Assembly: GCF_036321535.1 (NCBI RefSeq)
Contig: NC_087437.1
Coordinates: 50,842,001 to 50,906,000, forward strand
Reading direction: 5' to 3'
Source of the DNA: Camelus dromedarius
Taxonomy: Eukaryota
DNA length: 64,000 nt
Under the pieces are notes generated by a model. The model made no database searches. It was not told the origin of the DNA and saw only the letters and a program-made list of their open reading frames with translations. A program made the position numbers and the translations under genes. Positions 49,001 to 63,212 of the stretch are shown here, piece by piece (positions within the stretch are counted from its first letter, which is position 1; each line of letters opens with the position of its first letter).

Positions 49001-51609
49001 ACTGTTTCACAAAGACTCACCCCATTACTTCCTTCACTAATGTCTATTTATGACTCAGCCAGAACAGAGTCTAATGTGTTGTTTTTCCTCCAAGTTTCTA
49101 CATTGATCTTTTCTGGAAAGGCAACATTCTACAAGGATACACTTTAATAATTAAAACCCCCAGCATTACTACCTAGACTAGCTTTGTCATGTTCCAATCT
49201 CTTTGCTTATGGCTCTGCCCCATGTTTCTGGGAAATTACTCAATAGATGCTCCTATTACTGTATTTTTATTATGAAAGAATAGAATTTCACCCACAAGAA
49301 TTCTGTTTATCTAAGGTCAGACTCACAGGTTTCTTGGCAGAGTCAGATTCTTCCTCTCTGGTTTCTCGTGTGTTATACCAAGGTTTACAGCCTCCTCTCC
49401 CCTCACCCCTGCCCTGTCTTTGCCTAGGTCTGCACCCTCTAGCCTTGTGGGTTGTGACTTGTGACCGATTGGGGGGGAGGTAATGAAATTAATTCAGTAG
49501 GTTGTAAACAGCATTTTAAGAAAAAATGTAATTGGATAGAAAATACAGAAAATGTTTTCATTTTGCAACTGTGGGACATATTCCAAACAGTTTGAGAGCA
49601 TCACTCTGGCCTACAGAGGTTGAAAGAAGTTTGAGCATACTTTTCTCTTTAGTTGTCTTCAGAATATTCTAGAAGTAGGGCACATGTAGAAAATGGCCAG
49701 TTCCTTTGAAAATATCCCCAGCAGCAGTACAAGTGACGGGCACACCTGTTTCTTGAACTGTATCTGCTTCATAAAGCAACTCTACCTGGGGCACTGAGAG
49801 CTGCCAACATTCTTTGCAAGAACACTCCATCCAAATCCCTACTCTAAGAGACTTGACCAACCCTCACATGGCTGCTGGCAGCCTAAGGCCACATCCTGGG
49901 ATGACCCAGATCTCCTTGCGAGTTTCTGTCAGGAAAAGCTCAAGGCTCTTGAAAGAATTTACCATTCGTCCTGGCCAACACCTGATGCCCTGACCTCCCT
50001 TTCTTAGAGCGTTTACTAAAAAGGGCTTACAGTTGTAAATCCTTCTTCTGTTCCTTTGTGGTATATCTGTATCTCCTACAACCCAGGAGTATCTTTCTCA
50101 AGGCCCTGAAAACCATTCCTTTGAAGCGTAATCATCAGGAAGGATCCAACTCTCTGTCCCCACTGGGAGTTTCTCCCTCTCCTGCCAAACTTGGAGGAAC
50201 TGGGTTAGTTTTACTAAGGGAGCAGGAAAATTTCCTTACACACAGATCCTCCTGAAGAACGGATAGCCAGGACGCCCATACCCTTGTTTGCTCTTTCTCC
50301 AAACCTGAGAAATCGAGAGACCCTAGAGACACCACGGTGCTGGGGTAGTGAGGTTTCTAGGTTGGGAGACCCCAGGAGAGGCAGCAGGTAAGGAGGCCAG
50401 GCAGATGATCAGGGATGGGGCAGGCATGGGTGTCAAGTTCATGAGAGTCATGCAAGAATCAACAACAAAGGAGACATCTGAGCATGCACGAAGAAAAGGA
50501 AAATTCCCAGTATTAGAAATAGATGTGGGAGTGAAAACCAGACTGATTGGTAATTGGGCAGGCTGATACTGGGCAGCTTGGGGGTGGGTGGGACCCAACC
50601 CGGGACCCAACCCAAATTAGTCCCCATCACCAAGGGTCTTGAATTGTGGCAGCATCCAGGAGCAGAATATGAGGCATGAGCTCACTGGAGGAGGGGTTGG
50701 GGATAGGATCCTATATAAAGGCTGCATCTCCAGTGAAAAGGAGGCTGGTCCAGGAGACACCACACACCGGCAGGCAAAGAGCACCAGGGGCAGGAAGAGG
50801 AGCTGAGGAAAGCTGGGCAGATACCAGGCCCTTGCCAAGCTGCTCTGGCATCAGATTACCACTAAGATCCAGCAGGGAAATTGGAGGGCTCAGCAGTGAA
50901 GTTAAGGGCAAACCCCCAGTCTGATTCTCACTGGAGCACTGGCTGCCAGATCAATGGCCCAGGATTAACTTCCCACCTCTGAGACGGGGCTGTGCTTCCC
51001 AAGGTTTTCTGCCCAGAATTCCTAAGACAGAGCTAAGAATTTCTAACTGTAGGGAGGCCCAGGACTAAAGCAATTCATGTGACCCCACATTTCTTTAAAG
51101 TCTCAGATTTTTCTTTTCAATTGCATAGGATCTTTACATTGAAATTCAAACTAAATGATGACAAGTTTTCTGGTGCTCAGAGTCACAGCTCTCAGGCTCA
51201 GATGCCCAGTTCCACGTGTCCTGATTTGAGAAGCACAGGTCGGTTAGGGCTGCAGAAACAACACAGTGATCTTGGTGGAGGCAAGGCTGGGAGGTCAGAC
51301 TAGAAACAAAAATGCCTCCTGTAGGAAGGCATCAGGCCAGGCAGGAGGAGAGTCACAGTTTGCAAATGGATTGGTAATTGCTGGCTCAGTGAGGCAATGA
51401 GGTGTTAGGAAGGGAAAAGGTGTATTTTTTGCCATTCTGTGAACCAAATCCTATTAATTTTAGCCTATAAGTTTATCTAAACCCTCTTGAATCACTTAAA
51501 ATGTTTCAAGTTTTCCCTTCCTGAATTAATTTCTCTTCAGATACCAGTTATTCATATTGACCAAGCCAAGCAAAAAAAAATTCACCTAGTAATTATATAC
51601 AATATATTC

Positions 51610-54600
51610 TTATCTAATCACACATATTTTATTGAATAAATTAAAACTTTGTGTTTTTACCTATAAACAATACATTTAGTTTGATCACTTGAAAGGAAAA
51701 TACAACCTTGTATAACCAAAAATGCTTAAAGGATTTGGTTAACTAAATGTTGATTAATTTTACCCATCAATATGACAATCTAACCTGTCAAAATTGGTTT
51801 TGCTGTAGCCACGACTGAGATATTTGTGAATTCCATGAAGGTTGGCTCTTCAAATTGTAAGATCTAATACAACACCCAGATCAGATTCCAAGGGAAAAAA
51901 AGATTTGCAACACCAAGTCAGGACTTTATATAAGAAATTCCAATGGTGTTTACCCACTTTGAAAATTGTACTGAGTCCTTTCTTTTTCAAAATCAAATAG
52001 GTTACGTAAGTAACAACAGTACCTCAAGGATTTTATAAATAGCAAAGCTATACTTTCACAGCTATAAGCAAATGACATTTGCATTTCCCTGAGAACACAG
52101 TTTGCTTGAGTTCAAGGGCTGTGTGTGCATGTGTGTTTCCTCAAGCCAGTGTGTGCAGGACGTGATGAAAGCTAAGAGAACACTTATCTGTTGATGTTTG
52201 GGTGAGTTTAGCTTCTCATCCATTTCAGACCAGCTTTGGCAACTAGGGTCCCTTAACCTCCCCTATAAGTTCCAACTCTGTAGAGCCTCTGGGCCACACT
52301 CTCTCATTTCAGTAAGATAGGAGACCCAGCAAGAAGCTCAAAGGCCCCAGGCCAATGGGTCTGACTGCTAGTCCTGCTCTGACTTTGCCTCACTTCTAAG
52401 AAGTGGGTTCCCTCCTGGAACTCACTTATCTGGAACCCCCATTCCTCATGCTCCCCTTCCATTCTTGAGAATGGAGGCATGCTCACAAACTCCAGGGCCC
52501 ATGACATCATTTTCTAGACTTGTGTCCTTAAACCTGGCTTCGTCCCCCTCCTACCTCATTCTCTTCCTCCCAGCCAGGGGTGCTCTATCCACTCAGAGGA
52601 CCTGCTTCAAAGTCCAGCCTGCTGTGTCAGGACATCCCACATGCCCTGCCTGAGTCCCAGGGCCTTTTGTCTCCAGCTCATTGGGCACCAACTTGCCTCA
52701 TCTCCCTGCTGGTAGTCTGGCTTATGACAGTGAACTTTCTGCCACTTGTTTGATTGTTTGTTCGTCTGAGAATGGAAATTAGATTTTAAGAGCTTCCATC
52801 CCTGGCTTGTGCCTAGAAACCTAAATCCTGTTGATATAAAGTTTCCCAAAAATGACATGAGCTTTTTTCTTTCCCTAAAAATTACAGACTGGCACCTTCA
52901 AGTGCAGAATTCTGGATCTTCTTAGTAGGTGTATCTGTCTGCTAACCCATGCCATTATTGAGAACCCCTGTAGTGAGAATCAGGTTTACAACACAGACAT
53001 CCTAAATCCTCACTTATCCAGCATAGGGTTGACTTGCTGACAGGCTCAAAATTTGCCAATTGCTCTAATCAAATGACCACCAGGATAAGGAGCTCTGTCT
53101 TTCTGAGGGGAGGCTGTGTACCCCAATGATGCTGTCACTGGATTTCCTCTTTGAAAGTTCTCTCCTGAAGCTTCTTTGAAATAGGACTGACTTCTCCTGT
53201 GGCTCATAAATGGTTTCTGCAGGTGATCCCAAAGAAAGACAAACATGTAAACAACAGCCACATCATTGACCTAAGAGCACAGCTCCCTAAGGAGACCATT
53301 TGGAAGGACAATAAAGACCCAGATGCAATCTCATAACTTCATATACATCTCATTTTTCTCTTCCTTGATGAAAAGAAAATTTATAACATTGACCAGTGGC
53401 CTGTTTACCTGTTTATTGAGCATTTCTAGGGTAGAGATTTGTTTTATTCTTTGGTGTCCCCAAGGCCTGCCAAACATAAACTCCTGGAATGTTTGCTGAA
53501 TTGAAGTAGATTAATGGTTTCAGTTGAGAGCTTTGTTAAGGTTATCAGTGTTCATGAGTAAGTGAGGTGTGTTTCTAAATGTCCACAAATCTGTCTGTAT
53601 TTTCCCATCTCATTTTTCATAGCAGGGAGTGGAACTGTCACACCTGACCCTAAGGCACAGAGCTTTTCACACACCAGCATGCATTTATATTTATCCTCAA
53701 TGAGCTAAGTAAGCATAAATAGAAACCTCACTTGCAGTTTTCCAAGTGAACTGTAGCTCCTCTGAATTGTAGCTCCTTCTAACCGAAACTTTTCTATGAA
53801 AATGAAATTCACTATCAATCCTAATACCTCTACCTTCCCAAACTGCTGAGAAGTACAAGCACAACAGGGCACATCTGACATGAAAGAAAACTCTATAAAG
53901 AGATGTGAAATCATATGAGGAAAATAAAGGACATTGGGTAATGCAGTTACTATGTTGTTGCCATTGTTGTTGCTTTTTAAGTACAGCGTATGAAACAGGA
54001 TCTCTTAATCTGTTTCCCCAGTTGGGGGATTAGGATGAATTTCCAGTGAGCTCATTTTAAAGCTCTGTCTCTTAGACTGAAGAAAAGACTCTGTTCTTTG
54101 TGTCAAAATTGTGCAAGCCGATCCAGAAACAAACAAAAAAGGGCTGAAAAGGATCCTGAAAATGAAAGTTCCAGGAGGGTGGGGTCCTAGAGACATGAAC
54201 CCAAATCACTGTCTAAAAAGTAGAAAGTATACTGTCAAAAACAGTCAGTCATTCCTCAGTGGCCGGCAATGTAAGGATGTCTACCTTTTTAAAAAAAAAA
54301 AAATGGCATTCTGAGCCTCTGGAAAAATCTTTTCTACATTACAATACAACTGTTGGACATTAAGAGGCCAGGGCACTGGACTGTGCTGAAGGTACAATTC
54401 TTTCTAAAAGTGACAGTTCCAGTCCAAAATGGGCCCCCTGTAATCAAAAGAAACACAGGCTTTTGATGGTGGAGGACAGAAATCTTTTATATCTTTCTTA
54501 GCAAACAGGTCTTCCCAGACCCATCTCCCCAGAACTGTCAGATGGAAAAACCTATGAGACATTCTTGACAAGGAGCCAAAAGCTCTAACACCAAAGATCC

Positions 54601-55207
54601 CGTATGGTTTAAATATACGGAAAAAAAGGAAAGAAAAAAGAAACATTTCCTTTATTTCCCTGCCTTGCTGAGTGAATCCTTTAGCAATCTTGTCAGAACA
54701 ACAACAACAGAGAGCTGTTTGTTTGTTTTTCCTGCTCTGAGACAGCATCACAGAACCTGCGCTAACTTTGACAATGAAAGACCTAGGTTTAGACTCCGGA
54801 TTTACTTCTGACTTGAGTGACTAGGGGCAAATCACTTAGGCTCTCTTAAACTCGGTTTCCTCACCTGTAAAACAAGAGCGGTAACATCCAGGTACCAAGT
54901 CATTATGATAGTAAAGGCACTGATATGTAAAACTGCCTGGCACAGAACCTGGCATGGGACAGGTGTGGCCTGAATGTTAAGTCTTACTCTTTTTCTCTCC
55001 TGAGGTAGGTCTCGCAAACACTCCTGGCTGGTGTCAAGTGTCCCAAATCTTTGACTTCCAAGGAGCGCCCATGGGGAGCCGCGGGAGCCCCTGCTGTACG
55101 TGCGGCCTGTAACGGGAGCCCTGCTTGCTGCTGGAGCGGAGGAGAGCGAGGAAGGGCCCCCGCGCAGTCCAGCTCCCCGTGTGGCTCCGCCCTCCGCGCT
55201 CCCGCTG
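51610..55207 (-). other. KLHL6: KLHL6 3' UTR (distal end uncertain)
   Basis: Follows the stop codon. Candidate minus-strand AATAAA at 54656-54651, 53417-53412 and 51633-51628. Confidence 0.55.
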
Positions 55208-55509
55208 TCAGACCGACACGGCTCCCGGCACGATCCTCCGGATGTGGGTGTACGACTTCCTGATGGTGACGCTGCCGTGGTGCGACACCCCTCGGGGCAG
55301 GACGCACTCCTCCGTCAGTTTCTGGGCCTCGGGGTCCCAGCACAGCACCGTGGCGATGACCTCGTTCTTCTCGTCCCGCCCGCCGGTGATGTAGAGCCGG
55401 TTGTTGCAGGGCGCGATGCCGCAGCTCGCCCTCTCGTGGCTGAGCTGGGTCACCAGGCACCAGCTGTCCTCCAGAGGGCTGTAGGCGTACAGCGCTCTCA
55501 TGGCCCCTC
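55208..55509 (-). CDS. KLHL6: KLHL6 final coding exon (kelch repeats, stop)
   Basis: cttcag|[41 protein letters not shown]...[11 protein letters not shown]; 302 nt, phase consistent with the upstream exons. Confidence 0.97.
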
Positions 55510-56825
55510 CTGAAGAGGAAGGGAAACAACGTGGGCATCTCACTGTTCTACTGGTTTTCTTCCCCGTTAACCACTGAAATCCTACTTCTGGTTAGGTCAC
55601 GTCTACCGTCTTGCCAATAGAAAGAATAGATTCATGGCTCTCCAGAAAGCCATAATGGATAACCAGGGGCAGGAATTCTCATGCTGGAAACACTTCACAG
55701 TGCCTTTTAAACTCTGCAGCCAGGCGCTAACCTGGCTTCACCTGGCTGCCAAAGTGTACCATAATACTGCTCCCTGGAGAAGATACCACCTGGTGCAGGA
55801 GGTAGACCTGGCTCACAATCCCAGCTCTGCCACTTTTTGATCTGTAATCATGAGCACCAAGACCATAAGAAATTCGGACCATGCACATAAAGCATCTGGC
55901 AGAAGCCCTGGTACATAGAAATCTTGCATTGTGTTGATATATGTGGCAGTGACTAGAGGTGGAAGCATCTCTTTGTAGACTGAGCATGATCTGGGACACC
56001 AGCCCAAATTACCCGTCTTGAGTTTAGACCTTGAAGCAGCATCACAAGACTGACCATAAACATACCAGAAACCTGGAGCAAGGGAGAGAAGCAGTTTTTC
56101 CTTAATCTGTTCCCATGTTTTACCTCCAGGAAGCCTTCTCTGATTAGCTCTTACTTGCTGAAGTTATTTATTGTTGGTATTTCCTTAATCAGTAGTTCTT
56201 TCTCCTGGCTGCACATTAACATCACTTACACATTAAAAATACCGTGCACTGTTGGTCAGTGTCCTCCTTCTCATTCTGATATCGTTGGTCTGGAGCAAGG
56301 CTCAGTGACCCATGTTTTTGTAAAGAACTCCATAGATTATTCTACTAAGTAGTCAGGGTTGAGATGCAAAATCCTTAACAATTACATGCCAACTAGTCAG
56401 GCTTTCCTTCTGGCTAAATGTAACTTTTCACAGTCCCAAAAGCAACTGGGGAGAACAAAATTCCCATGAACACAAAGTAAGAAATAATAATAGCTACCAT
56501 TTTTTGGGCACTTATACTGTGCACATTTCAATTTCTGTGCATTACCAATACTTACAACACACTTTGTTCCCATAGTAACTTCTGGCTCCTCCCCTAGGCC
56601 CCATTATCCATCTGCTTTGTATGTCTCCTAAATGTGGGTTGCTTCTGCCTCCAGGGTTGCAAAGTAAGTTCCACCAAAGTCTGGACCAATCCCATCTTCT
56701 CTTTCTTTTCAACCCCATCCACATCACCCAGGAATTTGAGAGTTCCCAGGAGGGGCTTGTGTGCTATCTGCATGGCTGCATGGGTAGGGGACCTTGGTTT
56801 AATAAGAAGCCGTTCACTCACTTAC

Positions 56826-57039
56826 CCACCACATAGATGCGATCCCGGAAACTCACTGCATTGATGCATTTAGCCTCTACCGGCATGGCCGACTTTAAAT
56901 TCCACTTATTGGTTGAAGGGTCATAACACTGAGTCTTGTCTGTGGCCAGTTTCCCATTGGGCCCTCCCCCAATCACATAGAGCTTCTTCTTATGGCTGGT
57001 GGCTGCGAAGGAACTGACATGGACGAGGAGGGGCGCAGC
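56826..57039 (-). CDS. KLHL6: KLHL6 penultimate coding exon
   Basis: ctgcag|[41 protein letters not shown]...IYVV G|gtaagt; 214 nt. Confidence 0.97.
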
Positions 57040-58553
57040 CTGCAGAGGCACAGGGCACCGGGAGAAGCTGTCAATCACACTGCACAGATAGCTGCAGTGG
57101 CTCACAGGACACAGGCCAGGAGCCAGGGGACACAAGCCTCAGCATCCTTTGCCTGAAGTCACAAGGCCTGTGGGCTTGACTCCCCTTAAGACACAGAGGA
57201 TCAAAGCACACATTTCCCACCCTCCCTCCAGGCCCCAGATGTTTCTATCCTGCTTCTCCCAGAGTCCAGCTCTCAGGGGAGAAGAAGGGCAGACACGAAT
57301 AATTGTTTATACAGCCGAAACCAGCCAGTGTTGGAGGAGGATGCTTTCTCAAACATACATTCATATTTATTCATGTGTTCCTTCATTCAAAAAATATGTA
57401 CTTAGTACATGCTATGTGCTGGGCATTGTCCCTGGAGCTTACAGCTAGGAAGACAAGCTGGTGTAAGGGGTTCAGGTGGCCACAGGTAAGCAGACTCTCC
57501 CACTCTGGGACAACATACAGATTTGGGGATTAAACCAGATTTGTGCTTCTACCCTGTGAACCCAAGGGTACTAAAGGGGACTCTCAAGAGCCTCTTACCC
57601 ATTCACATGACACTCTTAGGTCGTGGAGAAACTTTGTGGTGGGACTTGAACTGAGAAGATCCTGGGCACAGCCCCCAAAATGCTAAGGGCTCCCTATAAA
57701 GTTCTTTTCAGGTTAACAGATCTTGGCCAGATGCCATCATGACCTGGCTACATTTGCTTGTGCCTGTGATGACCACATTTAACACTCCCCAAAGCTGGAA
57801 CATGCTCTGACATATAATCTGATAAGAAGAAAGGAAATTTGAAATCGGGAATAATCTGGAAATACAGGAAGTGAGGTCACCTTATCTGAGTGTGTGGTAA
57901 GGGCACTTAACATGAGAACTACCCTCTTAACAAAATTTTAAGTGTAAAATACAGTATCACTATCTATAGGCACAATATTGTATCACAGATCTCCAGAGCC
58001 GATTCGTCTTGCATAACTGTAACTTTATGCCCATTGATCAGCAATGCTTTACCTTTTCCTGGGTGTGATATATACCTGAGGTTGCATTGCTAAAGTCTTG
58101 CATACAAGCATATAAATGGTTCATCATTACTAGGCAATAAATAAGAGCTGACTTCTAAATACTACCAAAAGACTCTGGGTTCAATGAACAGTGTCGTCAA
58201 GAGATCCCTGTGTGCCCAGAGTGGAGAAGATAAGGGCAGATGGCGTTGGAGGAGACGAGACTCTGGGCCAAGACATGCAGACATGTAGGATCAAGCCTCT
58301 CCTCCACATCTGGGGTTCTGGCCAGGATAGGACTGGTACCCACACAGAGCTCCCCCAGCTAGAAGGAAGTCACTTCTGTGATTTGATCAGCAATGCTGAA
58401 TCAATGGCTCTTATAAGAAGGGAAGCTCAGAGCCACCAAAAATGTTCTCAGTGGGAGCAGAGAGCTCAGAAAGCCATATGCCTACGCTGGCTGATACCTT
58501 TCTGTAAAGTTTTGAACCAGTAATACTGAGTTACTCATGCTAGTAACCCATAC

Positions 58554-58756
58554 CTCTGACCAGCAGTTGTGGAAGGGGTCGTAGGTCTCCACATTGTTGA
58601 TCCTCTGCAAACCGTCAAAACCTCCAATCACGTAGACCTTGCCCCCCAGCACCACCATCTTATGCCTCCAGCGGCCTATGTTCAAGTACTCAATTTGAAT
58701 CCACTTGTTGATTGAAGAGTTATACTTCCAAACATCGTGCTGTGTTTCTTTGCCAC
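58554..58756 (-). CDS. KLHL6: KLHL6 coding exon (kelch repeats)
   Basis: ttctag|GT GGC AAA...[48 protein letters not shown]...CWSE|gtatgg; 203 nt. Confidence 0.97.
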
Positions 58757-59599
58757 CTAGAAAACAGACAGAACATTTAAGAAACTACCAGATGTGTCAG
58801 AAATACAGCTTCTCTCATAATTTCCCACAGGCCCGAAAGTGCTAAACCCTCAGGCCAGCACCCCACCCCTACTTCCCAGACAAAAGAAATCTGGAAAGTG
58901 TCTGTGGTGTGGTTGGGGAGATAGAGCCAACACAGGGAAACAGGGAGAGACAGTGTGAGGCCGGGGTGAATCATGCACCCGGCTGTCATGTGTCACCTCT
59001 GTGCTGTGAGCGTTCAGAGGAGGCTTCAGGGAAGTGGCACCCAAGTCTGCCTGGATGAGTCAGGGCGAACAGTGGCCTGGACTCAGTATTTGTGTGGTTG
59101 AGGGGTGGGAAGTTAGGCAGGACAGGTAAAGTTGGACCATTGCAGGTGGGGACAGTAGGGCCTTGACCAGCAGGCAAATTACAAAGCAGTTTAAGTTCTA
59201 TGTTTGCTTATTTATTTAAACAAATACAAACCTGGATAAATCACCACTAAATCTTACAAAATTCTCTTGGTTCATATCTCTGATCTATATGAAAACATAA
59301 GTAGAGTTTGTCCTGTTTTAAAACCATTTCTATCAGAAAAGAATGAGATGCTCACAATAGATCACTTGAGAGTGAGCTGGTAAATTTTTTTTTTAAGAAA
59401 ACCCAATAAACAGAAAATACATAATTCAGTTAGAGAAAGAGACCAAGATGAAGGAGAACTGACTTTTAGTGACTTTAATAAAATATTTTAATGACCTTTT
59501 GTTTCCATTTCCCCATCAGCACAGAGTACTACAAACTTCTTAAAAGATGTACTTTTCAGAGTTAAAAATGTGCACTAGTGTGGAAATGAACATCACTGA

Positions 59600-61330
59600 T
59601 GACACTCTGTCTTGGGTAAGTGTTTCTCAAAGGTAAAGCCCAGAAGTGGGATTCCTAGGTCAAGGTCGTGCACATCTTGAGGTTTTACAGGCGCTGCCGA
59701 AGAGCCTTCCGAAGACCTCTCCCCATACCCGACTCACAAAGAATATTAGGAGGGATTTTTGTTGTTGTTTGGTTGGTTTTGTTTTATAGCCTGATGGAGA
59801 CAAAGGTGTCATAGTTCGGTTTTCCCCAGCTACTAGGGAGACTGAAGGTCTTCCTCTTCTGTGATTTTTTTTGTTCATATTTGTGTGGGGGGGGTATCTT
59901 TTAGAGGTTTGTGCCTTCAAAACACTGTGATATTGATCTCATTTAGGTAGTGTCCAAATTCATAAAATAACTACACATTTTCAAAGAAATGTATGCAAAC
60001 TTTACTAAAAAGGAAAAAAAACCCTACATTTTTACTCCAGGATATAAAAGAAGACCTGATTAGCTGGGCAGGCATATTGTATACATAGATGAGAAAACAG
60101 GTTACTGTAAAGATATCAAGCCTCCCCAAGTTAATCTATATATTATGTGCCTTCAGGAATTTTCATGGATTTCAGGATGTGAAATGACCATTCTAAATTT
60201 CATTTGGAAGGGTAAATTTGGAAACATTTTAAGGAACTTTTGAAAAAGAAGAATGAGTCAGAGAGCTTTCCCTAGCAAATATCAAAATATACTAAAAAGC
60301 TATGATAATAAAAATGCTGTGGTTCTAGCGTAAGATGAGACAAACTGAACAATTAAAAACAAGAGTACAGAAACAGACTAAATGATATAGAGATTATTGA
60401 ATAAATGGCAGTGGAACAACTGGCTATTTATTTAGAGAAAAGTTAGATCCCTATTTCACATTACACTTAAAATGTAAATGTAAATGCTATAAAAGTAATT
60501 GGAGAATATATAGAATAAGATGTTAATGATCTCGGGTTGGGGAGGGTCTTTCTAAACATAACATGAAACCTAGAATCATATAGAAAAGAAAGTTACTACA
60601 CAAAATATAAATCAAATTTAAAAGACAATCACTGCTTGAGAGAAAGTATTTTCTACACAAATTGCAAAGGATATATAATAAGGATACTAAAAAAGTAATA
60701 GGAAAAAGACAAACAACCAATAGAAAAACAAAGTGTAGGAACCAACAATTTAACAAAACAAAAAAAAAGATACATTTAAGTAATATGTGTATGAAAATAT
60801 CCTCAACCTCAATAACAATCCAAGAGTGTAAATTTAAACATTCTAGTCTATTAGAAATGTAATTGACTGATAATAAAAAATGCTAACAAGGCTGTAAAAA
60901 TGGACACTGTCATTCATCATTGGCTGAATTGTAAATTGGTACAAAGTTTTTGAAGGACAATTTAGCAATATCTACAAAAATTGTAAATTTACATATCTTG
61001 TGACCACTTCCAGGAATCTCTCCACATAGCAGCAAAATTTCATAAATATATGTGTATTAAAATGCCTACTGCACTATACTGAAAAGTGGGAAAATAAAAG
61101 GTAAAAACAATCATAATTCATTCATTCAATAGACAGCCCTGCAGCTGGTGAAAGAGTGAAATAAAGATGCTCACAATACTGAGAATGACAACTATCACTG
61201 CTGAGCTCTCACCATGCACTTGGGATCGTGGTGTGCTTTACATGTGTTGTGTCACTTAACACATATAATAGATCCATTATACCAACATGTAATGACGTCC
61301 AGAATATACTGTTAATTGAATACACATTTC
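59600..61330. mobile_element. Old L1 (L1ME-like) fragments in a KLHL6 intron
   Basis: Degenerate L1 ORF2/3' text (agttagatccctatttcaca, ttgtaaattggtacaaagtttttgaaggacaatttagcaata). Confidence 0.7.
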
Positions 61331-62974
61331 TGTTGATTTAACTGTGTATAACAAACATACTTTCATGTGTTGCTTGTATCACTTTTTAAAAGGCAACAAC
61401 TAATTGAAGATGGGGGAGTGATAAGCTGTAGAATAAAATAACATGTGTAGTGTTTGTGGCAAAGATGGACCAAACCTGGCTTTTCCTCCTGGGCACATGC
61501 TAAACTACATTTCCCAGCCTGGCTGCATGGTGGGTGGTGGGGGGAGAGAGGGCAGGTGGCTGGTTTTCGCCAATAGAATGTGAGCAGAACCAATGCCTCA
61601 GATCCGGGCTGAGGCTGTTGTGAGCAGGTGTGCCTTCTCAACTTATTCAGTTTCTCTCTTTTCCTCAAATGCTTCAAGCTTGAAGGCCACCTGTGGAAAT
61701 AGCCACATCATCATATAGAAGGGGTGTGGGTCCCTGAATGACTGAATGGAGCAGGTCCATTCCCCCAACCCCCACATACTATTGTGGTGATTCATTGAGA
61801 TTTAGAATTTGTTACAGCAGCGGACATTATTTACTCTAAGACAAAATAAAATTATTTTGGTGAAAAAATTAAGACATACAGGATTGTAAATGCACAGAGA
61901 AACTGCCATATTTTACTTTATGCTCCCCATATTGCTTGAATCTTCCACAAATATCAAAAATATTTCTACAAGATAAAAGAAAGCTAAAACCTAATCTATG
62001 GTATTAATATATTCAAAGAAGAACTGACCTGCCCTTTATTTTGGAGGAGCCCAGCTCTGGGAAGAAGCTCTTCTCCAAATAAGTTCAGATGAGAGAAAGC
62101 CTCCAAGAGAGGGGAAGGATATTTGTCTTTTTGCTTGGTGCCTCAGGAAGAGCTGGGTGGCTTTTGATGTCATGGGGAAAGCACGAGACTTGGAGAACCT
62201 GGATTGGAATCCTACCTGACACTTACTAGTGTGTGACCTAAGGTACGTCCCATACCTTTCTGAACCTCAGTGTTCTCCCTTTGTAACCTAGAGATTAAAA
62301 TCACCTACCTTACAGAGTTGATGTGAAAGGCAAATGAATAAATGCTACCAAAGTATAAATTCACCTACCATGCTGAGAGGATGGTAGACACTGTGTTATT
62401 TAATAGATATTTACTGAGCATTTACTATGTGGCCAGACAAAGTGCTAGGTATTGGGAATACAGAGTTGACCCATGGAATTTAATGACTAATGGGAAAGAG
62501 GCATAGAGTAGTCATAAATAATTAAGCAACGAAAAAGTGCTGGGTGCTACTGGAACATCCGAAAGCAAGATTCAATAAACTTGAGGGGAAGAGTCAGATT
62601 TGGAGGGAAGAGCAGACGTTCTGATTCATTACTGCATTCCCAGTGCCTAGCTTAGTGTCCGATGCCTTTAGCAGACACTGAATAAACTCCAGTATCACTT
62701 TCCTTCTTCCTTTTCCACGAAGGCCTGAGCCTGTCTGCCTGCACCCCCAGTTCCTAGTACGATACTGCCCAAGGGTTAGGGTTCACTCAGTAATAACTCA
62801 TTCTGCACGATAAGACCACCTGAGCTCTTGGTTTCCATATCCTGACCCAGTCGTTGCTAGCTCAGTGTCATCCACAGTAATTCTTCTAGGATGGTTGCCT
62901 GGCTCTCACTCAGGAAAACACGTCGTGCCTTTGGGGGCTGGCTTAGGCTTAGGCATCATGTGGCTCCTGCTTAC

Positions 62975-63212
62975 CTGAGATGTAGACCTCATTTTTTAAT
63001 GTCACGCATGCAAATTCCACCCACTTCTTATTCTCACTGTCCAGCTCGTGCTCTGTCATGGGCAGCTTGGCCACCTCCAGGCGGCTGCGCCTCAGGGGGT
63101 CCAGGCAGGTTACCTCTGCCACAAACCGTTCGTCCTTTGTGCAGCCACCGATGATCATAAACACCTCAGACTGGAACTCATGCATCCTGGGCTTGGTGCG
63201 CTCTGAAATGAT
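62975..63212 (-). CDS. KLHL6: KLHL6 coding exon (post-BACK linker and first kelch repeat); the gene continues beyond the window
   Basis: ttccag|[39 protein letters not shown]...NEVYIS G|gtaagc; 238 nt. Confidence 0.97.

Noticed and set aside
54984..55538. 184-aa and other ORFs overlapping the KLHL6 last exon
   Set aside because: Alternative-frame and antisense shadows of a GC-rich coding exon.
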